Shown here: piece by piece, positions 1 to 15,552 of the stretch
Layout: each line of letters begins with the position of its first letter
Position numbering within the stretch: the stretch's first letter is position 1
Assembly: GCA_951406725.2 (NCBI GenBank)
Contig: OX597815.1
Span: forward strand, 151,714,001-151,778,000
Direction: 5' to 3'
DNA length: 64,000 nt
Source: Octopus vulgaris
Lineage: Eukaryota
Notes under the pieces: model-generated
The model's input: only the letters and a program-made list of their open reading frames with translations
The model's database searches: none
What the model was told of the DNA's origin: nothing
Program-made: the position numbers and the translations under genes

Positions 1-417
1 AGTAGAGAGAGCCAGTCTCCTTGAAATATACCCTTGCATCTTGTCACGTTTCCTAACGATTTATTTGTGCATGTTAATTCTACCTCTCACACTCTCATTG
101 CTTTTGCTAACAGAAAAAAAAAAAAAGAGAAAAACTTATTTGTTTTGTCATTGAAATCGGGTGGCCTCAAGTTCTCCGAACCTTCTTGTAGTCAGTTGCT
201 AAGTTCGTGTTTCTTAGTTTCTAAGTTCGTACCCCTTATATTCGTGCCTCATTTATATATTATTATTTTTATGATTAAATGAAGCGGTATTCAATTAAAA
301 TAGCCACCCACGATTCATATTTTATGTATATACTGTTGACAGGCAAGTTATTACGGTTTTTGTGTGAGATAAAATTTCTTATGGAGGGGCTATATTAAAA
401 AAAATTATATGTATATA

Positions 418-1279
418 CTAAACTACCCGTGACCCGTTGGGTCACCGGGAAGCTCTGAGATTCCCAGCGACGGAGTTTTGTTCCGTGTTTTTTTTTTTTC
501 TTTTCCAGGTTATTTCGCATGCTTTCAACGAATGTGACGTGACATCAAAATCACGCGTAAACGTGAAAGGGAAAGATTCGGCTGCTATTTTTTGCATGCC
601 TTGCTACCACATAACAATTATTTCGAGGCCTTTATCGCAAATAGCTGTTACATGATAGCAGGGCATGCTAGAAATAGCAGCCAAATTTTTAGAGGTGAGA
701 TACGTTTAATGCACTCGAAAAAAATCCCATGGAAAAAATTATTTCACACCGAGGTTACGAACGGGTCTTTTACGAAATATTTACCATATTTTTAAAGTCA
801 TTTTCACTTTAAAATGTTTAAAAAATATTCCCCACCCCCAAATTTTTATAATGGTATTCACTTGAAAATAATTTAATAAAACATTAAAATACTGTCTGTT
901 TAATGAAAGCTAAAATATAAATACTTACTGTACAAACAACTTAGATTTTTGAAATCACTTTCACTTAAAAATATTTCCCTTCACGAGGGAGGGAAGAAGG
1001 GGGAGAAGCGAACAGGTGCAGGTGTGACCATGGACGCCAACTCCGCTGCCATCGACACACGAAAAATTATGCATTAAAATGGAATAAAAAATGATGTTAA
1101 ATTAGTTTTAAAATCGTAGACTCATCGTAGACGCGCGCTAATACTCAGACGGGCTCGATATGAATCACGACTAAAAGATATCCGAATTTGGTTAAACTGC
1201 ACCGCAAAATGTGGGAGTAGTTAGGAATCTAAATCGAAGGGGACAAACACTCACACAACTACAGTTTTATATATATAGA
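418..1279 (-). mobile_element. Non-autonomous Helitron, copy 1
   Basis: On the minus strand it starts TCTATATATATAAAACTG (1279). It ends with the hairpin CCCGGTGACCC-AAC-GGGTCACGGG followed by TAGTTTAG|T, a CTAG-like terminus. Its 5' ~300 bp (981-1279) is shared with copy 2. Confidence 0.7.
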
Positions 1280-1796
1280 CTAGCAGTATCGCCCGGCGTT
1301 GCTCGGGTTTGTAAGGGAAATAACTATATAAGCATTTTTAGAGAGTTATAGCAAAAAAATGCATTAAAAATGGAATAAAAAATGATGATAATTTTTTTTT
1401 AAATCGTTGACTCAGTGTCTTCAAGCCATGAAGTCGTTGTTCTAAAAGAACGCTGGTCTCCTTGACAACGTTTTACGACGTTGATTTCCTTATACTCCCT
1501 TCCCCACAGCTTCACGAGGGAGAAGCAAACAGGTGCAGATGTGAGCGTGGACGCCAACTCCGCCGCCATCGACACACGAAAAATTATGCATTAAAATGGA
1601 ATAAAAAATGATGTTAAATTATTTTTAAAATCGTAGACTCATCGTAGTCGCGCGCTAATACTCAGACGGGCTTGATATTAATCACGACTATAAGATACCC
1701 GAATTTGGTTAAACTGCACCGCAAAATGTGGGAGGAGTTAGGAATCTAAATCGAAGGGGACAGACACTCACACAACTACAGTTTTATATATATAGA
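1280..1796 (-). mobile_element. Non-autonomous Helitron, copy 2
   Basis: Minus strand has an A|TC 5' terminus at 1796, a subterminal GC hairpin CCCGAGCAACGCCGGG and a CTAG 3' terminus at 1280. No TSD. Confidence 0.8.
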
Positions 1797-2049
1797 TATA
1801 TATATTTTAACGTTCTTTTGTGCTACGCCACTAAGTTACAAGGACGTAAACAAGCCAAAACCGTTAAGTAGTGTAGGTGACAGACACGTACACACACGCG
1901 CGCGCGACAGGCTTCTGGTTTTTAGGCAGTTTCCCATTAGATTAGTTCCCTTTTTGTTTATGACCCTTAACCCTTAAATGGTTGGTCGAAACCTCTTTTA
2001 TTACTGAATACACATTGCCTTATTAAGAGTCATCAGCCAGTTACCCGCC

Positions 2050-2390
2050 CTGTGTTCATGAATCGGTTTGCCACGACTCTCCAGATCCTTGCGTTGCACG
2101 CGTTCAGTCAGTCTGTCGTCTGTTCACAAACGTTTCTGAACGTCTCTTTCTCTTCACTCTTCCTGCCAGGATGGTCTTGGATAGTGATTCATGATGCATT
2201 GTATGTCCAAAATATGATATTCTTTCTCGACAGCAGGTGTCTTTGGACTTTCAGCTGTTCTAATACTGTAGCTTTGGTTACCCTCTCTTTCCTGCTTATT
2301 CTGTCCAATCTGAGAAATATCCACATCTCAGGCACATATCTTCTCTTCCATTGCTAACTACATAACCCAAGCTTCTGTCTCGTAGAGATG
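2050..2390 (-). mobile_element. Degraded RTE-clade LINE, 3' ORF fragment
   Basis: Frameshifted minus-strand translation gives LYETEAW, EMWIF..IGRISRKERVT..VLEQL and YFGHTMHHESLSKTILAGRV, typical of RTE C-termini. Confidence 0.65.
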
Positions 2391-3121
2391 AGAATAATTT
2401 TCATTAAAAAAAGATATTGATTTATAAGGTTTCAAATTTTGCAGAGAGCTACATCGGACTACATCGATTCCAGTACTTACATTTTATTAACCCTGGAAAG
2501 AAAAAGATCGCCTCAGCAGGATATGAACTCAGAACGTAACTAAATATCGCTAGATTAATTTACCCAATTATCTAACGATGTTTATCATTCGAGATATTGT
2601 TATTTTGAACTGTTTGACATTGACAGAGACGAAGCTAATATGATGGTGGGGAGAAGTAAAAGAGAAAGCTTCTTAAACAACTACAAAAGGACGAGTTATT
2701 ACAGGTTACGTTACGTTCTTCTGTACACTCTACACGTAGGTTGTCTGAATCTATTTCTGTGAAGTCGATACTTTTGTCATAGATGAATGAGCAACCGGAA
2801 AGACTGGAGTTTGACGATATGTCTGACAATTTCTGATTAACGCAACTGCGTTATCGGAAATGAAATATCACTGGCCGGACATGAAAACAGCCGAGTTGCA
2901 TTGGGGTCAAAAACAAAACACGGTTAATTCTGATCCTAATTCGTTAATATTATAGTCGATACGAGTAACAGAAATACTGAGAATCATGGCTAAAACTATT
3001 AAGAAATTACATCCTTCCAGCAAATTTATCATTTTACGTCGTTCTCTCATTCAAGTAGTTATACGATAATTAAGTTCAGATCGTTGCTTTTGTTCAGTTA
3101 AGTCAGTTTTCCTCACTCCTT

Positions 3122-3133
3122 ACTCTCTCTCTC

Positions 3134-3230
<97 letters not shown>
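3122..3230. repeat. Compound (CT)n(GTCT)n(GT)n microsatellite
   Basis: Seen directly. Confidence 0.95.
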
Positions 3231-3232
<2 letters not shown>

Positions 3233-3393
3233 CCCTTTGGTCAGCTCTGATCAAGCAAAATTGTAGCTCATGGGTTACCGATCGATAGTCATACCTTAAC
3301 TTTCTCAAGCTAAGGACTATACAATGCTTTCTACCATGCAGTGGTCAGTCGCATATGGTGCTTTGTTGTAATCTAGCTACCTTGTATTGTATT

Positions 3394-3425
<32 letters not shown>

Positions 3426-4149
3426 CGATCGATCAATCTAATTCTGTATGCCTCCCCCCAACATCTTTACTGAAAATAGCTGTATCTCTTTATTGTACAT
3501 TTTGACATGCGGTGATTAATCATCAAGAATGCAGAGTCGCAGTATGATCACGTAAAGAGTAAACAGATCTAAAGTCAGTTACGTTGAGGACTATACGGCG
3601 CACACTGACGTGTAATGGTTTATCGCAATAGGTGAAGTATTGCATGCAGCTGGACATGTTAAACGGATTGAGACATAAACGCAATAAAGTTGAAGAACAT
3701 ACTGTATATTCTGACATGCACTAACTAAACATGAAGAACGCAGTCATGGCATCTGGACACGTTAGACTTAGCTGTAAGGAAAGTCAAGTTATGGCTGAAT
3801 TTGTTATATTACAGACTATGAAGATAAAACAGGCGGATATTTATACTTAAATGAGGAAAGAAAAGTATGTAAACTCAATTTGTTTGCAAGCAAGGAATAC
3901 ATGGTTCAATTCCAGACAACAGATTCGGTTTTGTTTCTTTGGTTTTAATTTGGTGTTTACAAAATGTATAATGTTTAATATCGTTAAATACATTTATATT
4001 TTCTGTTCTACGTATATGTCATTTATATTTTCTGTTCTCGTATGTCAAATTTGTCCTGTCATGCTTCTGTGGTTTATGAACTAAAATACTCGTCAAATTG
4101 ATTGCATTAAAGTTGGTGCTCCAGTCTGATCATAGTTCAATGATGAGAA

Positions 4150-6530
4150 AAAGAAACAGTTGTAATGTTTAAATCTGCAGTGTAAAAGCAATAATTGATG
4201 ATTCTTCCAGCAAGACAGGAAGGTAAAACCAGAAAGTGCATCGTCTATGGTGGAGTATTTAGTAGTGAAAAGGGCATGAAGATCCATCAAGGCAAATCAA
4301 AGTGCAAAGAACAATTACAGCAATGCAAAGCACCTATCATTTAGGGTCCTATTCCTTGGTGCATTAGAACTCCTTACCAGTTGGAGATCCAGAAGAGCCA
4401 CGATGCAGACCAGTGTCCAGTGCAGCCCTGCTTCACTTGCCAAATGGATGAATCTGAATGCCAGAAAGCTTTGAGAAGAAACTATGGTTGAATTAGCCAC
4501 CAGCAAGATATGAGATGGCTTCAATTAGCTTGGGAGTTGGACATTACCCTGGGTGACATTCTGTAAGGTAATGCAATCAGAAAGATGAGAATCATGGTGA
4601 AAGTGATTTACCAGACATACTGAGATGTCTTTGGCATGATGGAAGGTAAAACCAGCCAGCAGTATGGTCCTAGTAGAAGGCAGCACTAGCTAGCAGAATT
4701 GGGGAAAGAGTTAAGACAGCTGGAGAAAATGTGGAAAGAAGCAGGGAAAAAGTGGCCTTAAACCAGCTTAGCTCAGAATCACAAAGAAACCTGCTCCAGC
4801 ATCAAAGAGCAAAGTCATTCACGAAAGCACATGTGTGTGAGGGGGAGATAAAGAAAGAGAGAGGTTAAGGTAAAGGAACACCTTTTTCAATAATTCCTTT
4901 CAGTTGAAGCTGACCTCCTCGGAAGCCAAAACAATAAATAAACAGGATGCTATGTTCCAAGGAAATGATGGAGAGCAGAGTAGCAGCAGTGCATGGTGAT
5001 CCCAGAAGAAATATTCTGGGCAGGAACTGCTCCAGACCCATCTGATGCTATATATAAGGTATTCAAAAATAACACACTGCTGCTGAAGTGGTTAGCAAGA
5101 CTTTCATGTTCTATCTGGGAGAAGAAACAGGAACCTTTGATCTAGGCACCTGCTAAGGGCTGTTTTGTCCCAAAAAAAAACTCAGTAGGAAATGACTAGT
5201 TTTGAGAGATGTTTACCTCAATGAGGAAAAGATCTTATGGTTTATCATTATCAAAAGATTAACAACATATTTAGTGGCTAATGAGTGATTCGACACAAAA
5301 GTCTAAAAAGGATGCCCCATGCTGCTCTGCAAGTGTACCTGAAGGGCAGACTCATTTACTGAAAAGAGATTATGACAAAATCGTTTGATCAGACATAGTC
5401 CTGCTATCCTGGAGTGCAATCATCAACATCATTAAGGAGGTAAATCGCTAAAGCCTGCTTAAGTATCACCACCAGCTAATTCCCAATGCACTGGAGTCTA
5501 TCAGGTACCAACTGCAATTGTGAGATCCTAATGTCGCACATAGATTCACTGAAGATGAGGTTCACTATGAGAAATTCCACCACCAAATGGCAGAAACTGT
5601 AGAAACAGTATTAATGTAAGGTGCACAATATCTATGATCTGATTCGTAGTGGTTGTGAACCTAATTCTATTAAAAAGCAACTGGAAGGATCAGAAACTAA
5701 CAATACTAGTTATCCATTCTGCTGGGCCCATGACAACTTCAGTCTTTGGGACATGGGGACCCTGAGGTCACTGGAAATGATGGCTACACAGTCACATGTG
5801 AAGTTCAAAATGGCAAAATCTCAGGGCCTGAGTATCCTCAAAAGAAGGTTGACAAACAGCTTCAGCATTCAGGAGTTTGATATTCTGACAATCGAAGAAA
5901 CAGGGGTCTGATGCCTTGGAAGGGATAACAATTGTAGGTTTAAGGACAATAGTAATGCTTAAAGCACTAATAACTAACAAAAAAATTTGTGAAGGAATTT
6001 GATCAAATGTGACAGGTTCAGAGTAGAGTGCTTCCAATGTGGCATCATATTAAGACTGTGGTGACTATTGTTGCACTATGAATTTGCCATGATTCTGATG
6101 GAAGCAATGAAGCAGTTGTGCTGTAAATTCGTGGGAAGGTGACTGAGCCTTCCTCCAACTTTTGGCACACTTAACTCATACAACAAAACCTCTAGGCTTC
6201 GATTATCGTTTCCATCAGTGCTGGGGGAATTCAAACCAATTTAAGATCAATCAGTAAATTGCTGTTATCTGAGGCCGAGAAAATCAGACATACCAACAAG
6301 ACCACAAAAAAACGACAGGAAGTGGATGCACCAGAGAGCTGTGAAAGAAGTAGAAGCATACTGAAGTACCAGGAGATTGTTGGAGAAGTCTGTTGAGGAG
6401 AACAAGGATTTGGCAGCTACAGTGCCAAGAGGTGGGAAAATACCAATGCTAAATGCAAGAGAAAGCTCATTGTGCAAAGAGTATGCTAGTCAACAGAGGA
6501 AGATCGTTGTGTAAAGGTGGTAGGTCTTGC
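4150..6530 (+). mobile_element. Fossil RLE-type non-LTR retrotransposon, HERO-like (R2 group)
   Basis: Broken-frame motifs occur in the expected order: zinc-finger-like GMKIHQGKSKC (~4272), ELRQLEKMWKEA, TTKWQKL..CTISMI*FVVVVNLI, KFKMAKSQGLSI, LSLPPTF...SRLRLSFPSVLGEFK, TGRKW..AVKEVE. Confidence 0.7.
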
Positions 6531-6740
6531 TCATCAGTGCCATATAAAAGTGCCTGTGCAGTGACATGTAAAAACATCCAGTACACTTTGTGAAGTGGTT
6601 GGCATTAGGAAGAGCATCCAGCCATAGAAAACATACCACAACAGAAAACTAGAGTGTGGTACAGCATTGTGGCTTGTCAGCCCTGGTCAAACTGTCCAGC
6701 CCATGCCAGCATGGACAACAGACGTTAAATGATGATGATT
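6530..6740 (+). mobile_element. RTE LINE 3'UTR fragment (family C). Further copies at ~7940-8235(-), 11405-11590(-), 13240-13500(-), 22175-22710, 23249-23691(-), 25330-25720(-), 36040-36380(+), 39897-40200(+), 41420-41710(+), 42150-42700(+), 54411-54610(-), 63810-64000(-)
   Basis: Copies share GGTTGGCRTTAGGAAGGGCATCCAGC...CCATGCYAGCATGGA..GGACGTTAAA(CGAT/TGAT)n. The same sequence is continuous with an RTE ORF at 51163-52277. Confidence 0.85.
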
Positions 6741-7576
6741 AGTTTTAGCCAAGTTTGTGTGCAAGAAAGTAAATATTCAAACGGGTCTGAATACAAAGTA
6801 GTAGAAAGCAAATGTCACACACTTTTTGATGAAAACAGCTGAAAAGAAGGGTTGATATTTTCACTGTGTAGTAAAAGAGGAAAGCTTCTGGTGATATTTG
6901 TACGTTGCTAGGTTCATGTGAGGGAAGTAAAAATCAATAAGAGTCAAGCAATATATGTAGGTCTATCATGAACCCCTGGACTCATAAGGCTGGGGCTCAA
7001 TCTGGTTTTCCATAGTGAATAAGTGACTGATGCTACATCACTTCCCATTGAATGGTATGCTCAGTCTGTTACAGAGTTAACTTGCTAATTATTGCTGAAA
7101 CTCATTTACAGACGAATGAAGTGGAGTAATGTGGAATTAAGTGTTTTGCTCAAAAACATAATGCATAGCCTGGTCTGGGAATTGAAACCATGACCTTATG
7201 ATCACAAGTACAACACCTTTACTACTAGGCCATGCACCTTGACAAGGAATATATCAAGATAAAATGTTTAGCAACATTTCTTTCAACTATTTACATTCTG
7301 TGTTCAAATTCTGCTGAAGTCAACTTTGCCTTTCATCCTTTGGCGGGTTGATAAAATAAATACCAGTTGAGTGCTGGGGGTCAATGTGATTGAGTAAGTC
7401 ACTCCCTTAATTTGAATTCACTATTTTACATTCATTTTCCCATACTAAATAGTTTAGACAGGTGGTGAATTGGTAAAGTTGTTGGAATGCTAGAAAAATG
7501 CTCTTAGAATCTGATAGAATGTGCTTTTTAGAATTATAGTTGTAAATAATTGCAATGCACAAACATGTACGTTTAA

Positions 7577-7783
7577 CCCTCTAGCATTCAGATTACTGTC
7601 AAATAAAATGTTTATTTATTTACATTAAAAAGGGAAAAAAGTTAATCATGTATTATCTTGTAGCTTAGAGATTTCAAAAGCATGATTGTTTATTTTTAGA
7701 ATGACATTGCAGGTTAGGTGTGAAATGCTGGATCTAGCCAGTTTGAACAGGTAGAATATTTGACTTGTTTGAATGCTAAACGG
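7577..7783. mobile_element. piggyBac-type MITE (reverse copy at 43160-43364)
   Basis: TTAA on both flanks; terminal inverted repeats CCCTCTAGCATTC...GAATGCTAAACGG. Confidence 0.7.
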
Positions 7784-8511
7784 TTAATGATGCATAAGCT
7801 GAAATGGGTATTTCCTAGCAGGTTGAGTGATCATAAAAAAGCTCCTTTATTAGCTTACATCAGCTTGTTATCATTGTCCATTAGTTGAACTTTGGCCAAC
7901 AGGTCTAGTGATTAAAGACTTTCCAGCCATGCCAATCTCATCATCATCATCATCGTTTAGCATCCGCTTTCCATGCTAGCATGGGTTGGACAGTTCAGCT
8001 GGTGTCTGGGAAGCCAGAAGGCTGCACCAGGCCCAGTCTGATTTGGCAATGTTTCTATGGCTGGATGCCCTTCCTAATGCCAACCACTCCGAGAGTGTAG
8101 TGGGTGCTTTTTACATGCCACCGGCACAGAGGCCAGGCAAGGCTGGCAACGGCCACGTTCGGATGGTTCTCTTACATGCTACCGGCATTGGTATTACAGC
8201 TACAATTTCCATTGATGTTGATCGATTTCGATTTTGTATATAAATATGTTGAGTTATCACATATAGGCCCACTTCATTGCATGGATATATATTCTTCCTG
8301 CTTCACCAGTCTGTGTATTTTATTGTGTTATTACATGTTATCAAGATCATCAAGGTAGGCCTACAATCAACTCATCTAAGCTAGTCATAGGCCAACCTGT
8401 TCATTCACAGAGGCTAATTTCAGTCATTCTTCCCTTATTTTGTATGTTGGATGAAGTACTCCAGTGATAGGATGATTAGCGCTGGCTTTCAGTAATCAGG
8501 GAGAATTTGGC

Positions 8512-10674
<2,163 letters not shown>

Positions 10675-11822
10675 ACTGGAAAAGATACCACCACCAACAT
10701 GTCCCACATTCTAACAATTGCACCAATCCTCCAACTGCAATTGGTATTTATCTTTCATTTTTGACTTATTTCAGTTATAGGACTGCGACCATGCTGGGGC
10801 ACTGCCTTGAAAAGTTTCAGTCAAGTCAACCCCAATACTTAGGTCTTTTTTTAAAGCCTAATGGTCTCTTTTGCCAAACCACTAAGTTATGGGGACCTAA
10901 ATGAAGCAACACTGATTGTCAAGCAGTGAAGGGGTAATGAACACACATATTTTATATATATATATGTATGTCATATATATAAATATATTATAAGCTTCCA
11001 TACAAATTTTTGTCACACAAATTCACTCACAAGGCATTTGTTAACCCAGGGCTATAGTAGAAGACACTAGCCTAAGGTGCCATGCAGTGGGATTTGAACT
11101 CAAAGCATGGACGAACCAGAATGAATATCAGATTCTAAAAGCAGCTTGTTAACATTCTAACGACTTTGCCAATTTGCCACCCTGCCCAAGCTATAAAGTA
11201 TGGGAAAATGAATGTAAAATAAGGGTTACAAATTATAGCACAAAAGGCAACAATTTTAAGGGAGCAGATTAGGAGATCACATCAACCCTTGTGCTGAACT
11301 AAAGGATGACAAAGTTGACTTTGGTAGAACTTGAACTTAAAACATAAATAGCAGAAAGAAATGCTGCTGAGTATTTTTTCCAACATGCTAACAACCCTGC
11401 CGGCTTGTCATCATCATCATCACCATCGTCAAATGTCTGTTTTCCATGCTGCCATGGGCTGAACAGTTTGACAGGATCCGACAAACTGCAGGGCTGTACT
11501 GAGCCCCAGCATCACCTTAGGGATGGCTTCTATGGAAGGATGCCCCTTTCTAAAGCCAACCATTTTATGATGTGTACTGGGTGCTTTTCTTTGTTTTTTT
11601 CTTCAAGACAGAAGAACATTTCTGAACACCCTTATGAATGTGAAATAATAAAATACTCAAAAAATATATATATATTTCTAAATAACAATGTAGTATTCTT
11701 GGTTGAAAACAGAAAACATGAAATAAATCAAATAAAACATGCTGACTGAGAATATTTCTTATATAATTTATTCTACAACAATAATATTTAGGTTATATAA
11801 CAATTACCTAAGATCCCATTTG

Positions 11823-12840
11823 TCAACTTTGCGCCTGACTGGCTGACACTTGAACTTTTTCATTTCTGTGGTCAGTGACCTTTTGCAGACAGGTTTTCGC
11901 CTTCTTTACAGCAATGCTGTCATTGTTCCTCTGTGCAGAGGCCATTCCTTTTAGACATGCTTCGTGAGCTTTTTCCATCTGCATCTGTGCAAGATAGACT
12001 GCACCCAGATTACAATAAAGTGCAGATATTTCCTCTGCATCAATATCTTCTCCAATTTTGATAGCTTGCAGTATTAACTGCTCGGCAAATGCATAGTTCT
12101 TTTTGAAAATGTTTGCTACTCCTAAATTAGTCATAATTACTAAAGTCTGTCTGTGAGTGTCTCCAAGACATTTTTTCGCTATACAAAAAGAGTCACTTAG
12201 CATTTTTTCTGCCTTGTCATAGTCAGACAATCGAAGAAGATAACGGCCATAGCTATCTAAACACATACCTAACAATGCCTCAGTATCTTTATACAATTCC
12301 TCCCATTCATCTTCTTTCTTACTTTCCTCCTTCTTCACCTCCTCTTTCTTCTCCCCCTCCTTTAACTTCTCTCTCAGAGTATTTATGCAAAACTCAAAGC
12401 CCAAAATAGCTTCCTCAGATCGGTCCTCGATAGCATAGATGTTAGCTAATTTCAATGAAATTTCTAAAATAACATTGCCATTAGTAGGCATCCCTGCTTG
12501 CACACAACCTTTGATTGTCTCCTTGTACAGTTTCTCTGCTTTGTCAAATTCATTTAAGCTGAAAGACAAGTTAGCCAGACAGTCAAACAAATATGTTCTT
12601 GCTTGAAGTAGTTCGTTGTCATCGATTTCTTTGTTTTGGTGTCTCTGTATGACAACAGACAACGCTTCATGGTAATACTTCTCACATTTCAATAGTTCTC
12701 CATCTTTCTGAGATTTTCTAGCCTCGTACACCAAACGTTTCACTCTGTCTTCTTCCGGTACCTTTTCATTTACATGCCAAAGATCAAACAGGCTAAATGA
12801 CAATAGAAAACAGCCACCAGTTTGCCAGAAGTTGGGGTTT
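11823..12840 (-). CDS. TTC19: Tetratricopeptide repeat protein 19, mitochondrial complex III quality-control factor; large terminal coding exon, N-terminal exon(s) not located
   Basis: The 326-aa ORF has TPR-like helices and TTC19-like motifs: ARTYLFDCLANL, AEKLYKET, LEISLKLANIYA, GFEFCI, ALLGMCLDSYGRYL, LGDTHRQTLV, NLGAVY. The acceptor ttctttcAG| lies at 12841-12842, and the frame is open from 12839 (NPNFWQTGG...). Confidence 0.88.
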
Positions 12841-14573
12841 CTGAAAGAATTAGCAGAAAAAAAAAGAAAAAAGAAAGAAAATCATTAAAAATGTATTTCT
12901 TAAAAAAAAGTATCCATACCTTCAATAAAAATCAAATAAAAAAAATAGAAAGATAATGTAATAAAGGAAATAAAATTAATGATTAAAACAATTAATTTGA
13001 AAAGATTAGTTAATGATTAGTTCGAGGTGATCTCTAATTGAGCAAAGGCATTGCAGTCCTGACCCTTTAAGAGGCATCTAGAATTATATTAAGCAATCTC
13101 CCTCTTTTTAAAACTTTTTAATGCCAACATGGCTACGACCATCCAGACTAAAAGTGTTTGAGAATCGAAACCACAATCTCATGAATAAAATAAAGCCATA
13201 ACAAATTCTTTGAACATATCTGCTTCTTTAGTTTCTGAGACATCATCATCACCACCACCACCATCACCATCGTTTAACGTCAGTTTTCCATGCTGGCATG
13301 GGTTGGACGGTTTGACTGAGGTCTGGAGTGCCAGTGGTCACACCATGCTCCAACCTGATCTGGAAATGTTTCTACAGCTGGATGCCCTTCCTAATGCCAA
13401 TCACTCTAAGCGTGCAGGGGATGCTTTTTACATGCCACTGGCAAAGGAGCCAGTCAGGTGGGCCAGGTATCGATAACGTTTGGATAGTGCTTTTTATGTG
13501 CCAGACTGGGTATTCTAAATCAGATGTTATTTGATGTAAAAGCAGAATTTTCTTGGTACCAAAACTTCTGATACCAAGTAGATTTTGTGCAGAATCCCCA
13601 GTGCCAAAATATCTCTTAATTTTGCTACTGTAACAACTAGAGAAATAGGGAGAATCCATAAATATGGATAAGCATTGTACTATGATCTTTATTTAAAGTA
13701 CAGGGTTATAATATTTCAGAATGTGCGTGTGTGGTATGTAAACTGTTTAATACCATTTGATACCAACTTGCCTAAGACCACTCTTAGTTCTAATATACAA
13801 ATTCATTATTGTATAACTGAGAAACCGTCCATCAAAATTTCATATTAATTTATATTCCAAACACTAGTTTTATAATAACAAAATTGTTTTGATAAATTCT
13901 TCATTTATTTTCAGAATTAATTAAAGAAGCAGCGTACTTCAGCAGAAATATACTACAAAACAGGTTAATGGAATGGATCCTCCATAAGAGCGCAATATAA
14001 GGGAGATAACTGCGCAGCGTTGCAATTAAACTGAGCACTTCTTGGCATAACTCATAAGAATCTGTAAGAAACATTAAAAAGAATACGTTTTGCCACACTC
14101 ACACTAAAAAAAAAACAGAAAAGAAAATAATTAATTTTTATCATGGAGCAGATAATTAAGAGATATATTAAGAACAGACTTATTATATAGAGTTAGGTAC
14201 ACTACAAAGAAAATCATTTTTTTTTTTTCTCTGTACACACCAATTCTGCAGAGAAGACGACCAGGTAATGTAATGTTCTGTGCGTTAATCACGATTCAAT
14301 ACAGCATCAGGAGTTTTCAATCATGAACTTGACATTTTACCTTCTTGAAAACTATTACAAAGTTAAATTAGAGATTGACATTGATGTAGTCACACACATA
14401 CACACTAGTTTAACTCTTACTACTTACTACTAATACTAAATTGGTCACACTGAGTTTAAACCTCACTATTACTAATATTAAGCCACTACGGACCACACTT
14501 TGTTTAACTCTTACACCCATTACTGCTAATAATTTGACGTGCATCTTGAAAAGGGATATAACTCTACTTATCT

Positions 14574-14814
14574 TATTCTGTTGTGTCTGGGGAGAGTCAT
14601 TTTCTTTTTGTGCCGTATAATTTAACACACTCAGCGGTAAAATTTCCACTTATTTCTTATTTTTATTTTCCTAAAAGACTATTGAAAAGGTTGCAAGACG
14701 TAACGAAAATTTTACAAAAAATAAAAATAAGAAATAAGTGGAAATTTTACCGTTGAGTGTGTTTAAATTATACGGCACAAAAAGAAAATGACTCACCCCA
14801 CACACAACAGAATA
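14574..14814. mobile_element. Fold-back MITE with ~100-bp terminal inverted repeats
   Basis: TATTCTGTTGTGTCTGGGGAGAGTCATTTTC... (14574-14673) is mirrored at ~14712-14814 around a short spacer. Confidence 0.85.
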
Positions 14815-15552
14815 TGCTTCAACACACGAACTCACATAAAGAATCTTGCAAACCAAATCTAAAAATGAAATCAACTTATCTTAGTTTTGCTGCAAAATGA
14901 ACCTTCAAGCAACTAGTTGGAGATTAGCCTAGAATCTGACCTGATCGAGCAGATATTATGATCAAAGGCATTCCAAACATGACCATACCATTTTACTCTC
15001 TCTCTTTTACTTGTTTCAGTCATTTGACTGCGGCCATGCTGGAGCACCGCCTTTAGTCGAGCACATCGACCCCAGAACTTATTCTTTGTAGGCCTAGTAC
15101 CTATTCTATTGATCTCTTTTGCCGAACCGCTAAGTTACGGGGATGTAAACACACCTGCATCGGTTATCAAGTGATGTTGGGGGGACAAACACAGACACAA
15201 ACACATATATATATATATATACATATATACGACAGGCTTCTTTCAGTTTCCGTCTACCAAATCCACTCACAAGGCTTTGGTCGGCCCGAGGCTTTAGTAG
15301 AAGACCCAAGGTGCCACACAGTGGGACTGAACCCGGAACCATGTGCTTGGTAAGCAAGCTACTTACCACACAGCCACTCCTTGTTCATAATAAAATCTCG
15401 AACTAGGTATTCCAAATAATTTATTTCACTTTTTCATATTTAGGATTATATCCAATGACTAAGTCCTTCCATTTTTTTAGAGGGTAGTAATAGTAGTGGC
15501 AGTATGGGGGTGGAAATGCTGTAACAGTGTGTTGCTGCATCCACTATTCTGT

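Noticed and set aside
2635-3780. Short ORFs and splice-like signals in CpG-retaining DNA
   Set aside because: No recognisable protein or consistent exon chain.
13372-13659. ORF MDSPYFSS... as the TTC19 N-terminal exon
   Set aside because: No GT donor in the required phase was found, and the distal half is RTE 3'UTR.
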